A stretch of DNA of 61,970 nt, the filler included, from Myxococcota bacterium (lineage in GTDB: Bacteria; Myxococcota; Myxococcia; Myxococcales; Myxococcaceae): assembly GCA_049322255.1 (NCBI GenBank). It is 4 parts of 4 records of this genome, joined end to end, with 100 filler letters (N's around TTAATTAATTAA, not from the genome) between each part and the next. Parts side by side here need not be neighbours in the genome. Positions count along the whole stretch, not along the records: positions 15,696 to 31,272 come from JBMORE010000099.1; 3 more parts are not named here. One strand, written 5' to 3'. Positions 16,700 to 25,827 of the stretch are shown one piece after another. A program made the translations under genes and the position numbers. Within the stretch, counting starts at the first letter, position 1. Every line of letters begins with the position of its first letter. The notes under the pieces were generated by a model that saw only the letters and a list, made by a program, of their open reading frames with translations, did no database searches and had not been told where the DNA came from.

Positions 16700-17713
16700 T
16701 TAGCGCGTTGGTTGATGGTCGACGAGCGACTTCGGCACGAGCACTGCGGCGCCCTCCAGGCAGCCCTCGCGCAGGGCGGCGAGTGCCTGGTTGGCATCCT
16801 CCAGCGCGAAGGGAGTGACCGACACCTGCACCGGCACCTTGGGCGCCAGCTCCAAGAATTCGCGCGCGTCCTCGCGAGTGAGGTTGGCCACCGAACGCAC
16901 CGTGCGCTCGCCCCAGAGGAGCGAGTAGGGAAAGGAAGGAATGTCGCTCATGTGGATGCCGCCGCACACCACCACCCCTCCTCTTCGAACGGCTCGCAGC
17001 GCCGTCGGCACCAGCGCCCCCACCGGAGCGAAGAGGAGGGCGGCGTCCAGCTCTTCCGACGGCAGCTCGTCGGAGCCCCCCGCCCACGCCGCCCCCAGTT
17101 GCCGTGCGAAGGCCTGCGCCGTCGCATCACCCGGGCGGGTGAAGGCGTACACCTGCCGGCCTTGGTGTCGCGCCACCTGGGCGATCAGGTGTGCCGCCGC
17201 CCCGAAGCCGTACAGGCCCAAGCGTCGCGCGTCGCCGGCGAAGCGCAGCGCGCGGTACCCGATGAGCCCCGCACACAAGAGCGGCGCCGCCTGAAGGTCG
17301 TCGTACGCTTCGGGCAGCGGAAAGCAGAAACGGTGATCGGCCACCGTCCACTCCGCATAGCCGCCGTCGAGCTGGTAGCCGGTGAAGCGGGCCTGGGCAC
17401 AGAGGTTCTCCTGGCCGCTTCGACAGTACGCGCAGCGGCCGCAGGAGAAACCCAGCCAGGGCACTCCGACTCTCATGCCGGGTGAGAAGCCAGGAGCGTC
17501 TTTTCCCGCAGCCTCCACCACTCCGACGATTTCGTGGCCGGGAATCAAAGGCAGCTTGGGGTGAGGCAGCTCGCCGTCCACCACGTGGAGATCGGTGCGG
17601 CACACCGCGCACGCCTTCACCCGCAAGAGCAGCTGCTCCGGGCCCGGGACGGGGAGGGAGCGCTCCTCCAGCCGCAAGGGCGTCTTGGGTCGATGGAGCA
17701 CCATTGCGCGCAT
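16700..17713 (-). CDS. Zinc-dependent alcohol dehydrogenase (AdhP-like)
   Basis: CRTDLH, PGHEIVG, CGRCAYC..ENLC, LLCAGLIGY, GLYGFGAAA. Confidence 0.9.
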   Translation of the reverse strand: MRAMVLHRPKTPLRLEERSLPVPGPEQLLLRVKACAVCRTDLHVVDGELPHPKLPLIPGHEIVGVVEAAGKDAPGFSPGMRVGVPWLGFSCGRCAYCRSGQENLCAQARFTGYQLDGGYAEWTVADHRFCFPLPEAYDDLQAAPLLCAGLIGYRALRFAGDARRLGLYGFGAAAHLIAQVARHQGRQVYAFTRPGDATAQAFARQLGAAWAGGSDELPSEELDAALLFAPVGALVPTALRAVRRGGVVVCGGIHMSDIPSFPYSLLWGERTVRSVANLTREDAREFLELAPKVPVQVSVTPFALEDANQALAALREGCLEGAAVLVPKSLVDHQPTR

Positions 17714-17923
17714 CGCGAAGCAATGTAGCTCTGGCTCGAGACAGTGAGGTATGGGGCCTGGAGGTCTTTTCGTTGTATTTCCCGATGTTCAGCCCGTGTG
17801 GGCCGGGCTGGGTGTGGATGCAGCGCGGTGCTGGTGGCTGACTTCCGACGGCTCCGCGGACGCTCCTTTTGGTGTCACGGCCGCTCGCCCCCGAGCGTCC
17901 AGGCCCGCGCTGCGCTGACCGAG

Positions 17924-18054
17924 ATGGCGAGCTACCGCACGCGCGCTCCCAAGGGGTCTTTCGCTATCGAAGCCATGAAGAGGCCAACGCCGATCGTGAG
18001 CGGTGGCGCTTGGAGGCGATGAGGGTCAACACCTTGCCGCGAAGGCACCCGTGA
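17924..18054 (+). pseudogene. Possible frameshifted small antitoxin-like gene
   Basis: One extra G in the AAGGGG run joins MASYRTRAPKG to VFRYRSHEEANADRERWRLEAM. From memory this resembles small proteins found upstream of nucleotidyltransferases. Confidence 0.4.
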
Positions 18055-18072
18055 CCGCCGACGCCGAGGTGC

Positions 18073-19293
18073 TCAGGCGCGCGCTGGCGGAACGTCGCCG
18101 CTGACTTTTGTCACCTGGTGCAGCCACAGGAGGTTGCCACCGAGGAAGAGGAGCGCCCCCACCACCGCCGCAGGGCGCACCGCGTCCGCCCAGAAGAAGG
18201 TCATCGCCGCCAGCGCGACCAGCGCCAACCGCCCTAGCTCCAAGCTCTTGGCCCAGGCCTTCTTCTCCGTCAGCCCGCCGACCGCTGCCAACGAGAGCAG
18301 GATGAGCCCGGCTCCCATCGTGGTTACCTCCCGGGGTTGTTGGGCGCCCCACATCAGAAAACAGAAGGTGGCCACGACGACGGCGGCGAAGTGGCTGGCG
18401 AGGTACCAGGAAAGGCCGCACTGCAAAGGGACGTCGTACTTGTCATGCGACAGGAGCCGGGACCGCCCTTCCTCCATCCACTCCGGGTGCCAGGCGGGCG
18501 GCTTCACCCACACCCCGAGGGCCTCGCGCAGGGAAGGAGCGCGAAGCGACCTTCGACCCAACGTCACCCAGTGCTGCACCTGAGCCCACAGAGAGTTGAA
18601 GCTGCGCAGAGGCTCGCTCACTCCGTAGACCGGGGCTTCCTCCTCGGGAACGAAGGTGCCGAACAGGCGGTCCCATACGATGAGGGTGGCGCCGTAATTT
18701 TTGTCTAGGTAGCGCGGGTTCACCGCGTGGTGGACGCGATGGTGAGAAGGAGTGTTGAGCGCCGCCTCGATGGGCCCCAGCTTCCCCACCAGCTCGGTGT
18801 GGATCCAAAACTGGTACAGGGTGCTCAACGAGCTCGTCGCCACCATCACCGGTGGAGGAACGCCGGCGAAAGCCAAGAGCACGTTGAACGGCCAGGAGGT
18901 GACGCCGGAGAAGACCGCCTGCCGCAGCGCCACCGCTAGGTTGTAGTCCTCGCTCTGGTGATGCACCACGTGCACCGCCCAGAGGAAGCTCACCCGGTGG
19001 GAGAGGCGGTGCCACCAGTAGTAGAGAAAATCCACTCCGACGAAGGCCACCGCCCACGCCGCCGCGCCTTCGAGGGTGAAAAGCCGGTAATGCTCGTAGA
19101 CGAACACGTAACCGGCGTGCAGCAGCGCCGCCCAAAAGAAGACCAGCACTTGTTGACTGACGCCGCAGCCCAAGTCCGCCAGGGCGTCGGAAAGCCGGTA
19201 GACGTGTAGGCCCTTTCTTTTCGCCACCCACAGCTCGAGGCCGATGAGCAGGAAGAAGACCGGTATCGCCAGCGCGATGAGCTTGTTCGCCAT
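18073..19293 (-). CDS. Sterol desaturase / fatty-acid hydroxylase family, alkylglycerol monooxygenase-like
   Basis: His boxes YYWWHRLSH, HVVHHQSEDYNL, YQFWIHT, HHRVHH; NYGATLIVWDRLFGTF; extra C-terminal membrane helices. Confidence 0.85.
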   Translation of the reverse strand: MANKLIALAIPVFFLLIGLELWVAKRKGLHVYRLSDALADLGCGVSQQVLVFFWAALLHAGYVFVYEHYRLFTLEGAAAWAVAFVGVDFLYYWWHRLSHRVSFLWAVHVVHHQSEDYNLAVALRQAVFSGVTSWPFNVLLAFAGVPPPVMVATSSLSTLYQFWIHTELVGKLGPIEAALNTPSHHRVHHAVNPRYLDKNYGATLIVWDRLFGTFVPEEEAPVYGVSEPLRSFNSLWAQVQHWVTLGRRSLRAPSLREALGVWVKPPAWHPEWMEEGRSRLLSHDKYDVPLQCGLSWYLASHFAAVVVATFCFLMWGAQQPREVTTMGAGLILLSLAAVGGLTEKKAWAKSLELGRLALVALAAMTFFWADAVRPAAVVGALLFLGGNLLWLHQVTKVSGDVPPARA

Positions 19294-19366
19294 GCTCGAG
19301 CGCCAATCTACCGTGCGTCAGCAAAGAAGGGGCTGGGGGCGCTCTGTGTTTTCGGGCGAAGGACCT

Positions 19367-19627
19367 ATGATGAAGGTCGTGGGCACGCGGAAATTGCCGG
19401 GATGGGTGGTCGACCCCAAGCGATCGGTGCGCGAGAAGTGCGAACCCTACCGTCACATGACTCCAGAGGAGCGGGCGAGAGATCTATGGGACGTTTGTTC
19501 CGCCGCCGCGCAGCTCCTGGCCCTCAACACGAACCGCTCCCGCGTGCTCTCGCTTCAGGACCCCCTGCCGGAATCGAGTCGCCGTGCGCTCGCGCGATTG
19601 CGAAGTCAGGCACATGGACGAGATTAA
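19367..19627 (+). CDS. Small protein, putative partner of the downstream nucleotidyltransferase
   Basis: AAGGA RBS; contains YRHMTPEERARDLWDVC; overlaps the next gene by 14 nt. Confidence 0.65.
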   Translation: MMKVVGTRKLPGWVVDPKRSVREKCEPYRHMTPEERARDLWDVCSAAAQLLALNTNRSRVLSLQDPLPESSRRALARLRSQAHGRD

Positions 19628-20183
19628 AAACGTCTTTGATCAGGCATTGTTTCTTGCCGACGAGCTGAGTGCACGCAGCATTCCCTACGCCATCGGTGGA
19701 GCGTTGGCTTACGGCCTGTGGAGCGAGCCTCGCGCGACGAAGGACATCGACGTCAACGTCTTTGTACCGCTCGCAGAGCTACCACGGGTATTTGACGCCC
19801 TGCGCTCGCTGTCGGCGAACTTCGATGAAGCGCGCGCTCGCCACGAGGCTCTGGAACAGGGGATGTTCATCGCGCACCTCGCCGGGTATCGCGTCGACGT
19901 CTTCATTCCGAGCATCGACTTTTCCTGGGAAGCGCACCGGACGGCACGCGAGCAAACGATTCGTGGACACCCCTACCGGTTCCTGTCCCCGGAAGCCCTC
20001 GCCGTGTTCAAACTGCTCTTCTTTCGCCCCAAGGACTTGCTCGATCTCGAGAAGCTGGTCTTCGTCCAGGGCACTGCGTTGGATGTCGAGTACGTGCGCC
20101 GCAAGATGGTCGAGATGATGGGAGAAGATGATGAGCGAACCAAGGCCTGGGACCGCATCGTCTCGGACTATGCGAAGCCTTGA
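19614..20183 (+). CDS. Pol-beta superfamily nucleotidyltransferase (DUF6036-like)
   Basis: YAIGGALAYGLWSEPRATKDIDVNVF, RVDVF, LAVFKLLFFRPKDLLDLEKL. Confidence 0.8.
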   Translation: MDEIKNVFDQALFLADELSARSIPYAIGGALAYGLWSEPRATKDIDVNVFVPLAELPRVFDALRSLSANFDEARARHEALEQGMFIAHLAGYRVDVFIPSIDFSWEAHRTAREQTIRGHPYRFLSPEALAVFKLLFFRPKDLLDLEKLVFVQGTALDVEYVRRKMVEMMGEDDERTKAWDRIVSDYAKP

Positions 20184-20212
20184 GGGCCAACGGCGGCAGG
20201 GATTCGAGCTCC

Positions 20213-20953
20213 ATGCGTTCGCGAACTGAGGCCCACCTCCCCGGGCGATGTCAGCGCTGCTACCAGAAGGAGCGGCTGTGTCTGTGCGCTGAGCTTCCCC
20301 GCGTGGAAACCGCCGCCCGCTTCGTGGTGCTGCGCCACACGCTCGAGGGCTTCAAGTCGACCAACACCGCCCGCTACGCCGAGCTGGCGCTGCCCCACTC
20401 GCAAATCCTCGCCTACGACGCGGTGACCCATGCGCTCGACGGGCCGCTCGCGCTCGGCCGCGCCTGCTTGCTCTTTCCCGGCGGAGACGCCTCGCCTCCG
20501 CCCGGGGTGGACACGGTGGTGGTGCTCGACGGCACCTGGCGTCAGGTGCGCAAGATGTGCCGCCGGCTGCCCCAGCTCGCCGCCCTGCCCCGGTGGACGG
20601 TGCGGGCGCCCCAGGCTTTGGGCCCCCGGCTGCGTCATTCTCCCGACGCGACCCAGCTTTCCACCCTGGAGGCAATCGCCCAGGCGGTGGAGGCCCTCGA
20701 GGGCGAAGCGAAGGCCGAAAAGCTGCGCCGACTGCACACGCTGGTGGTGGAGCGCACCCTCATCGGGCGAGGAGCGATTCCTTACCCCGAGCCCTTCAAG
20801 CGCGCGCCCCGAGGGCGGTCAATGCAGCCCCACGATGTCGCCGCCGTCGGTGAGGTCGATGTGGTGGGCGGCGGGGGAGCGCGGCAGCCCGGGCAGGGTA
20901 ACGATGTCTCCTGCGAGCGCCTGGAGAAAGCCCGCCCCCGCCCAGACGCGTAA
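20213..20953 (+). CDS. DTW-domain tRNA-uridine aminocarboxypropyltransferase (TapT/YfiP-like)
   Basis: RCQRC..LCLC, STNTAR, LLFP, VVLDGTWRQ, LSTLEAIA; 3' end overlaps the convergent fhs. Confidence 0.85.
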   Translation: MRSRTEAHLPGRCQRCYQKERLCLCAELPRVETAARFVVLRHTLEGFKSTNTARYAELALPHSQILAYDAVTHALDGPLALGRACLLFPGGDASPPPGVDTVVVLDGTWRQVRKMCRRLPQLAALPRWTVRAPQALGPRLRHSPDATQLSTLEAIAQAVEALEGEAKAEKLRRLHTLVVERTLIGRGAIPYPEPFKRAPRGRSMQPHDVAAVGEVDVVGGGGARQPGQGNDVSCERLEKARPRPDA

Positions 20954-21372
20954 GGAGCGAACCACCAGCCCGCCCTCTCCGTCGTGCAGCGCGTGCGGCG
21001 TCTTGGCCACGCACAAGGGGAGCTTCTCCCAGCCGACGGCGGCGAGGGTTTCGAGGTCTTTTCGGGCCTGGGGAGCGAGCACCGCCTGCTCGACCCCGTA
21101 CATCGNNNNNNNNNNNNNNNNNNNNNNNNNNNNNNNNNNNNNNNNNNNNNNNNNNNNNNNNNNNNNNNNNNNNNNNNNNNNNNNNNNNNNNNNNNNNNNN
21201 NNNNNGGGGTAGGGCTCATCGCCGACACCAACACCAGCTTGCCGCGGGGCTTTTGGGCGAGTGAGCGCACGGCCGCCAGGCTGAGCTTGGCGATGCCTCG
21301 TCCGAACGGGAGCAATTGCTCCTGCGGCACGCCGCACTCGCCAGCAAGCTCCTCGATGGGACGGGCAGTCAT
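20819..21372 (-). CDS. fhs: Formate--tetrahydrofolate ligase, both termini present and middle lost in a scaffold gap
   Basis: N-terminus RPIEELA..FGRGIAKL..GKLVLVSAMSPT; C-terminus LPLCVAKT..AGAGF..GDIVTLPGLPRSPAAHHIDL..IVGLH. Confidence 0.8.
21106..21205. other. Scaffold gap (100 N)
   Basis: Lies inside fhs; the true gap is probably about 1.2 kb if the protein is full length. Confidence 0.95.
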
Positions 21373-21401
21373 GGAAGACCTTCAGGACGCAGTTTCGACC
21401 C

Positions 21402-22721
21402 ATGCAAGACCACCACCAGGAGAAAGTCACCCGCCTCGCCCAGCGACTGCTAGCGCGCTCGCCGTCCGCGCCCTTGTCGCTCAAGAAGAAGTCTCCGCCG
21501 CACCAGGTGCCCAAGCGCAAGGACTTGTGGCACACCGACGAGAAGCTGGACATCGGGGTGCTGGACGAGATTCTCGAGATTGACGTCGAGGCCCGCACCT
21601 GCACCGCCGAGCCAGGTGTCACCTTTCACCGGTTGGTGCGCTCGACGCTCCCCTTGGGGCTGGTCCCCATCATCGTCCCCGAGCACAAGACCATCACCCT
21701 CGGCGGAGCGGTCGCCGGGGGCTCGTTAGAATCGAAGTCGTTTCAATACGGCGGCTTCCACGACACCTGCCTCGAGTACGAGCTGGTCACCGCCACCGGC
21801 CAAGTGCTGCGCTGCACTCCGACCAACGAGCATGCGCTGGTGTTTCAGATGGTGCACGGCTCTTTCGGCACCTTGGGGGTTTTGACCCGGCTCAAGTTCC
21901 GGCTCATCCCCGCCCAGCCGTTCGTGCGCCTCACCTACGAGCACCACGCCAGCTGGGACGCGTTCCAGGCGTCCTTGTGGCGGCACTTTTGCGAGCAGGA
22001 CGTCGACTACCTCGACGGGATGGTTCATTCGCCGCAAAAATACGTACTCTGCCTGGGCCGCTTCGTCTCCAGCGCTCCGTACACCCATCGCTACGACTGG
22101 GTGAAGGTGTACTTCCAGAGCACTGCTCGCCGCCGTGAGGACTACCTCACCACCCTCGACTACCTGTTTCGTTACGACCGGGGAGTGACCACCGCCAACC
22201 CCAAGAGCGCGCTCGGCCGTGCGTTGGTGGGCAGGTGGTGGCACTCCGACCGCGTGCTGCGCTGGGCCAACCGCCTGCACCGTTTCTTGCCGGCCAAGCG
22301 GCCCAGGGTGCTGGTGGACCTCTTCGTGCCTTTCTCCCGTGCGGGCGAGTTTCTCGAGTGGTACCGCCAGCGCATCGGCGTCTACCCGGTGTGGTGTGTG
22401 CCTTACCGGCGGGTGCGGGACTACGAGTGGCTCACGAGCGCCTTCTTCGCCGGCGTGCACGACCCGCTGTTCCTCGATCTCGCCCTCTACGGGGTGCGCC
22501 AACCCAAGGGGAGAAACCTCTACAAGGAGCTGGAAGAGGAGCTCTTCGTGGTCAACGGCGTCAAGACGCTCATCTCCTACAACTACTACGACGAGGAGTC
22601 CTTCTGGCGGGTGTGGAACCGGCCCAACTACGAGGCGGTGAAGCGCATCACCGATCCAGCCCACGTCTTCCGGGACCTTTACGCGAAGACTTGTCGTGCC
22701 ACGCGAGGGCTCGAAGGGTAA
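21402..22721 (+). CDS. FAD-binding oxidoreductase (VAO/PCMH-type, delta24-sterol reductase-like)
   Basis: CTAEPGVTF..VPEHKTITLGGAVAGGSLESKSFQYGGFHDTCLEYELVT, HGSFGTLG, DPAHVFRDLYAK. Confidence 0.8.
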   Translation: MQDHHQEKVTRLAQRLLARSPSAPLSLKKKSPPHQVPKRKDLWHTDEKLDIGVLDEILEIDVEARTCTAEPGVTFHRLVRSTLPLGLVPIIVPEHKTITLGGAVAGGSLESKSFQYGGFHDTCLEYELVTATGQVLRCTPTNEHALVFQMVHGSFGTLGVLTRLKFRLIPAQPFVRLTYEHHASWDAFQASLWRHFCEQDVDYLDGMVHSPQKYVLCLGRFVSSAPYTHRYDWVKVYFQSTARRREDYLTTLDYLFRYDRGVTTANPKSALGRALVGRWWHSDRVLRWANRLHRFLPAKRPRVLVDLFVPFSRAGEFLEWYRQRIGVYPVWCVPYRRVRDYEWLTSAFFAGVHDPLFLDLALYGVRQPKGRNLYKELEEELFVVNGVKTLISYNYYDEESFWRVWNRPNYEAVKRITDPAHVFRDLYAKTCRATRGLEG

Positions 22722-22733
22722 GCTCCGCGGTCG

Positions 22734-23459
22734 ATGCGCCCATGGCGAAGTTGGAAAGCGGCTCTGAGAAGTTTGTCGTGGGTTGCCTTCGTCCCGCTGC
22801 TCCTCGGTGGCGTCGACGCGGGCACCCCTCCGTCTCCGCCGGCGACGGGAAGCATCGCGGGCAAAGTGCAGGCTGCTTCCAAGCTGTCCTCGCCGACCAT
22901 CGTTTACTTGGAGCCTGTGGGAGCCGCCCCTGCCCGGGCTCTACCGCCCCCGTCTTCCTCCCAGCGTCAGAAGGTGACGCAAAAGGACCTCCGCTTCGAG
23001 CCGGGAGCGCTCGTCGTTCATGTGGGCGACACGGTGGACTTTCCGAACGAGGACCGCGTCTTCCACAACGTGTTCTCGGTGAGCTCGGGCAACGAGTTCG
23101 ACCTGGGCATCTACCGCGAGGGAATGACGAAGTCGGTGCAGATGAAGAAGGCTGGAGAGGTGGACATCCTCTGCAACCTCCACCCGGAAATGGAAGCGAA
23201 GATGCTCGTGCTGGCCAACGAGCTGTTCGCTCCCGTGGGGGAGGATGGCTCCTATCGAATCGCGTCCATTCCCGCGGGAAGCTACTCGCTCCGTGTCTGG
23301 TCCGCGACGCATGAGACGGCGCAGCGCACGGTCGAGGTGAGCGCCGGCCAGGAACGACGGGCTGACTTCCAGCTCGAGCCAAGAAAGCGTCGCAAGATGC
23401 TCCCTCAACACGCCATCGACGAAGCTTCTTCACCCCCGAGTCCAAAGCGTAAGCGTTAG
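22734..23459 (+). CDS. Exported cupredoxin-like / carboxypeptidase-regulatory-like protein
   Basis: GDTVDFPNEDRVFHNVFS, CNLHPEM (Cys/His/Met ligands), GSYRIASIPAGSYSLRVW. Confidence 0.75.
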   Translation: MRPWRSWKAALRSLSWVAFVPLLLGGVDAGTPPSPPATGSIAGKVQAASKLSSPTIVYLEPVGAAPARALPPPSSSQRQKVTQKDLRFEPGALVVHVGDTVDFPNEDRVFHNVFSVSSGNEFDLGIYREGMTKSVQMKKAGEVDILCNLHPEMEAKMLVLANELFAPVGEDGSYRIASIPAGSYSLRVWSATHETAQRTVEVSAGQERRADFQLEPRKRRKMLPQHAIDEASSPPSPKRKR

Positions 23460-25210
23460 TCGGCTGGTTGCCCCCTCGCTCGTGGCCGACGTCGCAGACG
23501 CAACGAGCCGGCCAACAGCGCCGCGCCGAGAAGCTGTGCCCCAGAGGAGCTGCAACCGCAGCCTACTCCCAGCGAGGCAGAGAGGCTGGAGTCGACTTCC
23601 ATCGGCTCCGAGGCCGGCGAAAACGGGCCAGGGTTCGATGCGCCGTCGCGAGCGCGGACCCTGAACCGGTAGCTGCCGTTGGGCAAGGAGGCGCGCAGGT
23701 TGATGTTGGACTGAACCTGCTCGAGCTTCCAGCTGGCGCCGTCGTCGCTGCTGCTCCACACCTCGTAGGTGGCGACCCCCGAGCCGCCGGTGTCGTCCGC
23801 GGCGCTCCAGTTGAGTATGTACTGCCCGGGACCGCGCCGAGGGAGGGCTTCGGGCGTCCCGGGTGCGGTGGGCGGGGTGGTGTCGACGATGAGCACGGGC
23901 GAGGTCGCCGAGTAGCCGGAGACTTTGTTGAACCCGTCCACCGCTTGAACGCGGTACACGTAGCCGCCTTGCGCCAGCGCCTCGGTATGCGAAAGCGCGG
24001 AGGAGGTGGCGATGCTCACCCAGTCGATAGCGGCGCTGGGCGATCGTTGAAGCTCGTAGCGCACCGGGCCCGACCCGGCAGCGGCACTCGAGCCTTCCCA
24101 TGAAACGGTCACCGCGCCGGGGGAGGGGTTGGGTAGGACGAGGAGCGGGCCGGGAATGGTCGGCGGCGTAGCACTGGAGGGCTCCTCGGGACCGATGGTG
24201 GCGCTGGGCTCCGGTTCCGCATGAGGGCGAAGCACCACGTCGTCGATTTCCTGATTGTTGGTATCGCCTCCGGTGGCGGCCCCGAACAAGAGGTTCCTGT
24301 AGGTCTTGTCGAACGCCCCTGGGACGACCGCCACCAAAACCTTGTCCAGCTCGACGGAAACTCGGCTCCCGCTGAATTTTACTTCCACCGAGTGCCAAAG
24401 GCCGTCGTCGGGGGCCGAGCTAGGGACGCTGGCCAAATGGCCGAACGTCATCGTAGAGGTTCGCGTCACCCCGAGGTGTGGGTAGGGCGGATCACCGGGA
24501 TTGGTGGGAACGTTGTCGAGCTCGACGGCGTATCCAGGCAGGGCGACGCCGAGACTTCCGCCCGTGCCCATATTTCCTTGGTGAAAGAAGCCAAAGGCGA
24601 GGCCGTCGCCGCCTCCGTTGGGACCGGTTCCGTCTCCACACCGAAATCTGAAGGACACCGCCCACCCGTTCTCCCAGGAGGGGTCGACGGTGGCGAAGGT
24701 CCCACCCCCTCCTCTTCCCGTGGTGCGAGTGAGAAACAGGGTGGAGCCGCCCCAGCTGAACTCGTCGCCCACGCTGCCGTTCGCCCGAAAAATGTTCTGC
24801 CACCGTGCCGTGGGGTCGGTGGAAAAGTCGTCGTAGAAAAGGTTCACCGCCGTGGGGTTGCTGGAATCCGCCTCCGAAGCGCTGCCGTAGTACATGAAGA
24901 GGGTCTTGCCGGAGACAGGGAGCGCGCCCACCTTGACCCAAAACCGAGTGCTGGCGGTGTTGCAGCCGGACTCCGTCCAATGGGGAAGGAGCGTCTGGCC
25001 GTCGGAGTCCGTGAACCGCACGTCGGGGCAACCTGGCCGAAGGCTGGCAGAATCGGCGACCACCAGCACCGGATAGTCGACCAGGGCCGTCGAGGATCCC
25101 GAGACGTTCACCGCGCGGCGGAATGAAAAGCCAGCCAGCCAGCTTTGACTGCGCGCCGCGGCGGGAACGAAGAGCAACCACACGAGAGCGAGACGCATCG
25201 AGGCGCGCAT
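23456..25210 (-). CDS. DUF2341 + L-type lectin-like + fibronectin-III surface protein with MYXO-CTERM-like tail
   Basis: DVRFTDSDGQTLLPHWTE..FWVKV..YYG (DUF2341); GGDGLAF, YAVELD, FGAATG (lectin); two FN3-like repeats; GCGCSS, transmembrane helix, RRR. Confidence 0.75.
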   Translation of the reverse strand: MRASMRLALVWLLFVPAAARSQSWLAGFSFRRAVNVSGSSTALVDYPVLVVADSASLRPGCPDVRFTDSDGQTLLPHWTESGCNTASTRFWVKVGALPVSGKTLFMYYGSASEADSSNPTAVNLFYDDFSTDPTARWQNIFRANGSVGDEFSWGGSTLFLTRTTGRGGGGTFATVDPSWENGWAVSFRFRCGDGTGPNGGGDGLAFGFFHQGNMGTGGSLGVALPGYAVELDNVPTNPGDPPYPHLGVTRTSTMTFGHLASVPSSAPDDGLWHSVEVKFSGSRVSVELDKVLVAVVPGAFDKTYRNLLFGAATGGDTNNQEIDDVVLRPHAEPEPSATIGPEEPSSATPPTIPGPLLVLPNPSPGAVTVSWEGSSAAAGSGPVRYELQRSPSAAIDWVSIATSSALSHTEALAQGGYVYRVQAVDGFNKVSGYSATSPVLIVDTTPPTAPGTPEALPRRGPGQYILNWSAADDTGGSGVATYEVWSSSDDGASWKLEQVQSNINLRASLPNGSYRFRVRARDGASNPGPFSPASEPMEVDSSLSASLGVGCGCSSSGAQLLGAALLAGSLRLRRRPRARGQPAD

Positions 25211-25302
25211 AAAAGACAGCTTCGAACGTAGCCTGGTTCAACGGCCGCGGGAACGCCGCCGCTGAAAGGCCCTGCCTGTCAGCGCTCGCTCGTGGAGTGA
25301 GT

Positions 25303-25656
25303 CTAGCGTGGCATCTGCTGGCGCTCCGACTGCGCCTCGACCCGGATGGCGACGGGGTCGTCTCCGACAATCTGGAACATCGCTCGCACCTGTGCGCCTT
25401 CGGGCAGCGCCTCCGCCAGGGTTTGCACGCCATCGAGCATCACCACCGTCTGTCCTTCGACGATCTTCAGCTTCGACTGGGGAAGCCCCTCCCGGGACAC
25501 CACCACCGCTTTCTTCTCGGATTGGAGGAGGGTGCCGGTGAGCTCGAAGGCCTGCTCCTCGTTGAAGGCCGCTCCGGAAATCTCCTTTCCCCCCAGGGTC
25601 GCGCACGCAGCCAGACACCCCAAGGCGACCACTCCCAAGCCGGTCTTTTTGAACAT
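25303..25656 (-). CDS. Small lipoprotein of unknown function
   Basis: GGAGGAG RBS, MFKKTGLGVVALGCLAAC signal, beta-rich mature domain. Confidence 0.7.
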   Translation of the reverse strand: MFKKTGLGVVALGCLAACATLGGKEISGAAFNEEQAFELTGTLLQSEKKAVVVSREGLPQSKLKIVEGQTVVMLDGVQTLAEALPEGAQVRAMFQIVGDDPVAIRVEAQSERQQMPR

Positions 25657-25827
25657 TCGTTTGCTCCTCCTCCGCTGGGTAATGACGCGCATAGGTGCAA
25701 CGCGCATTCCCCGCTCCACCAGAGGACGCCGCTGACTCCGCACACCGCCGCCGGAAAATCCTACCGTCCCATCGCGGTAATGCTTGCCGGCTCGACAACC
25801 GCCCGCTCCAAGTGCTTGGTTTGGGTC

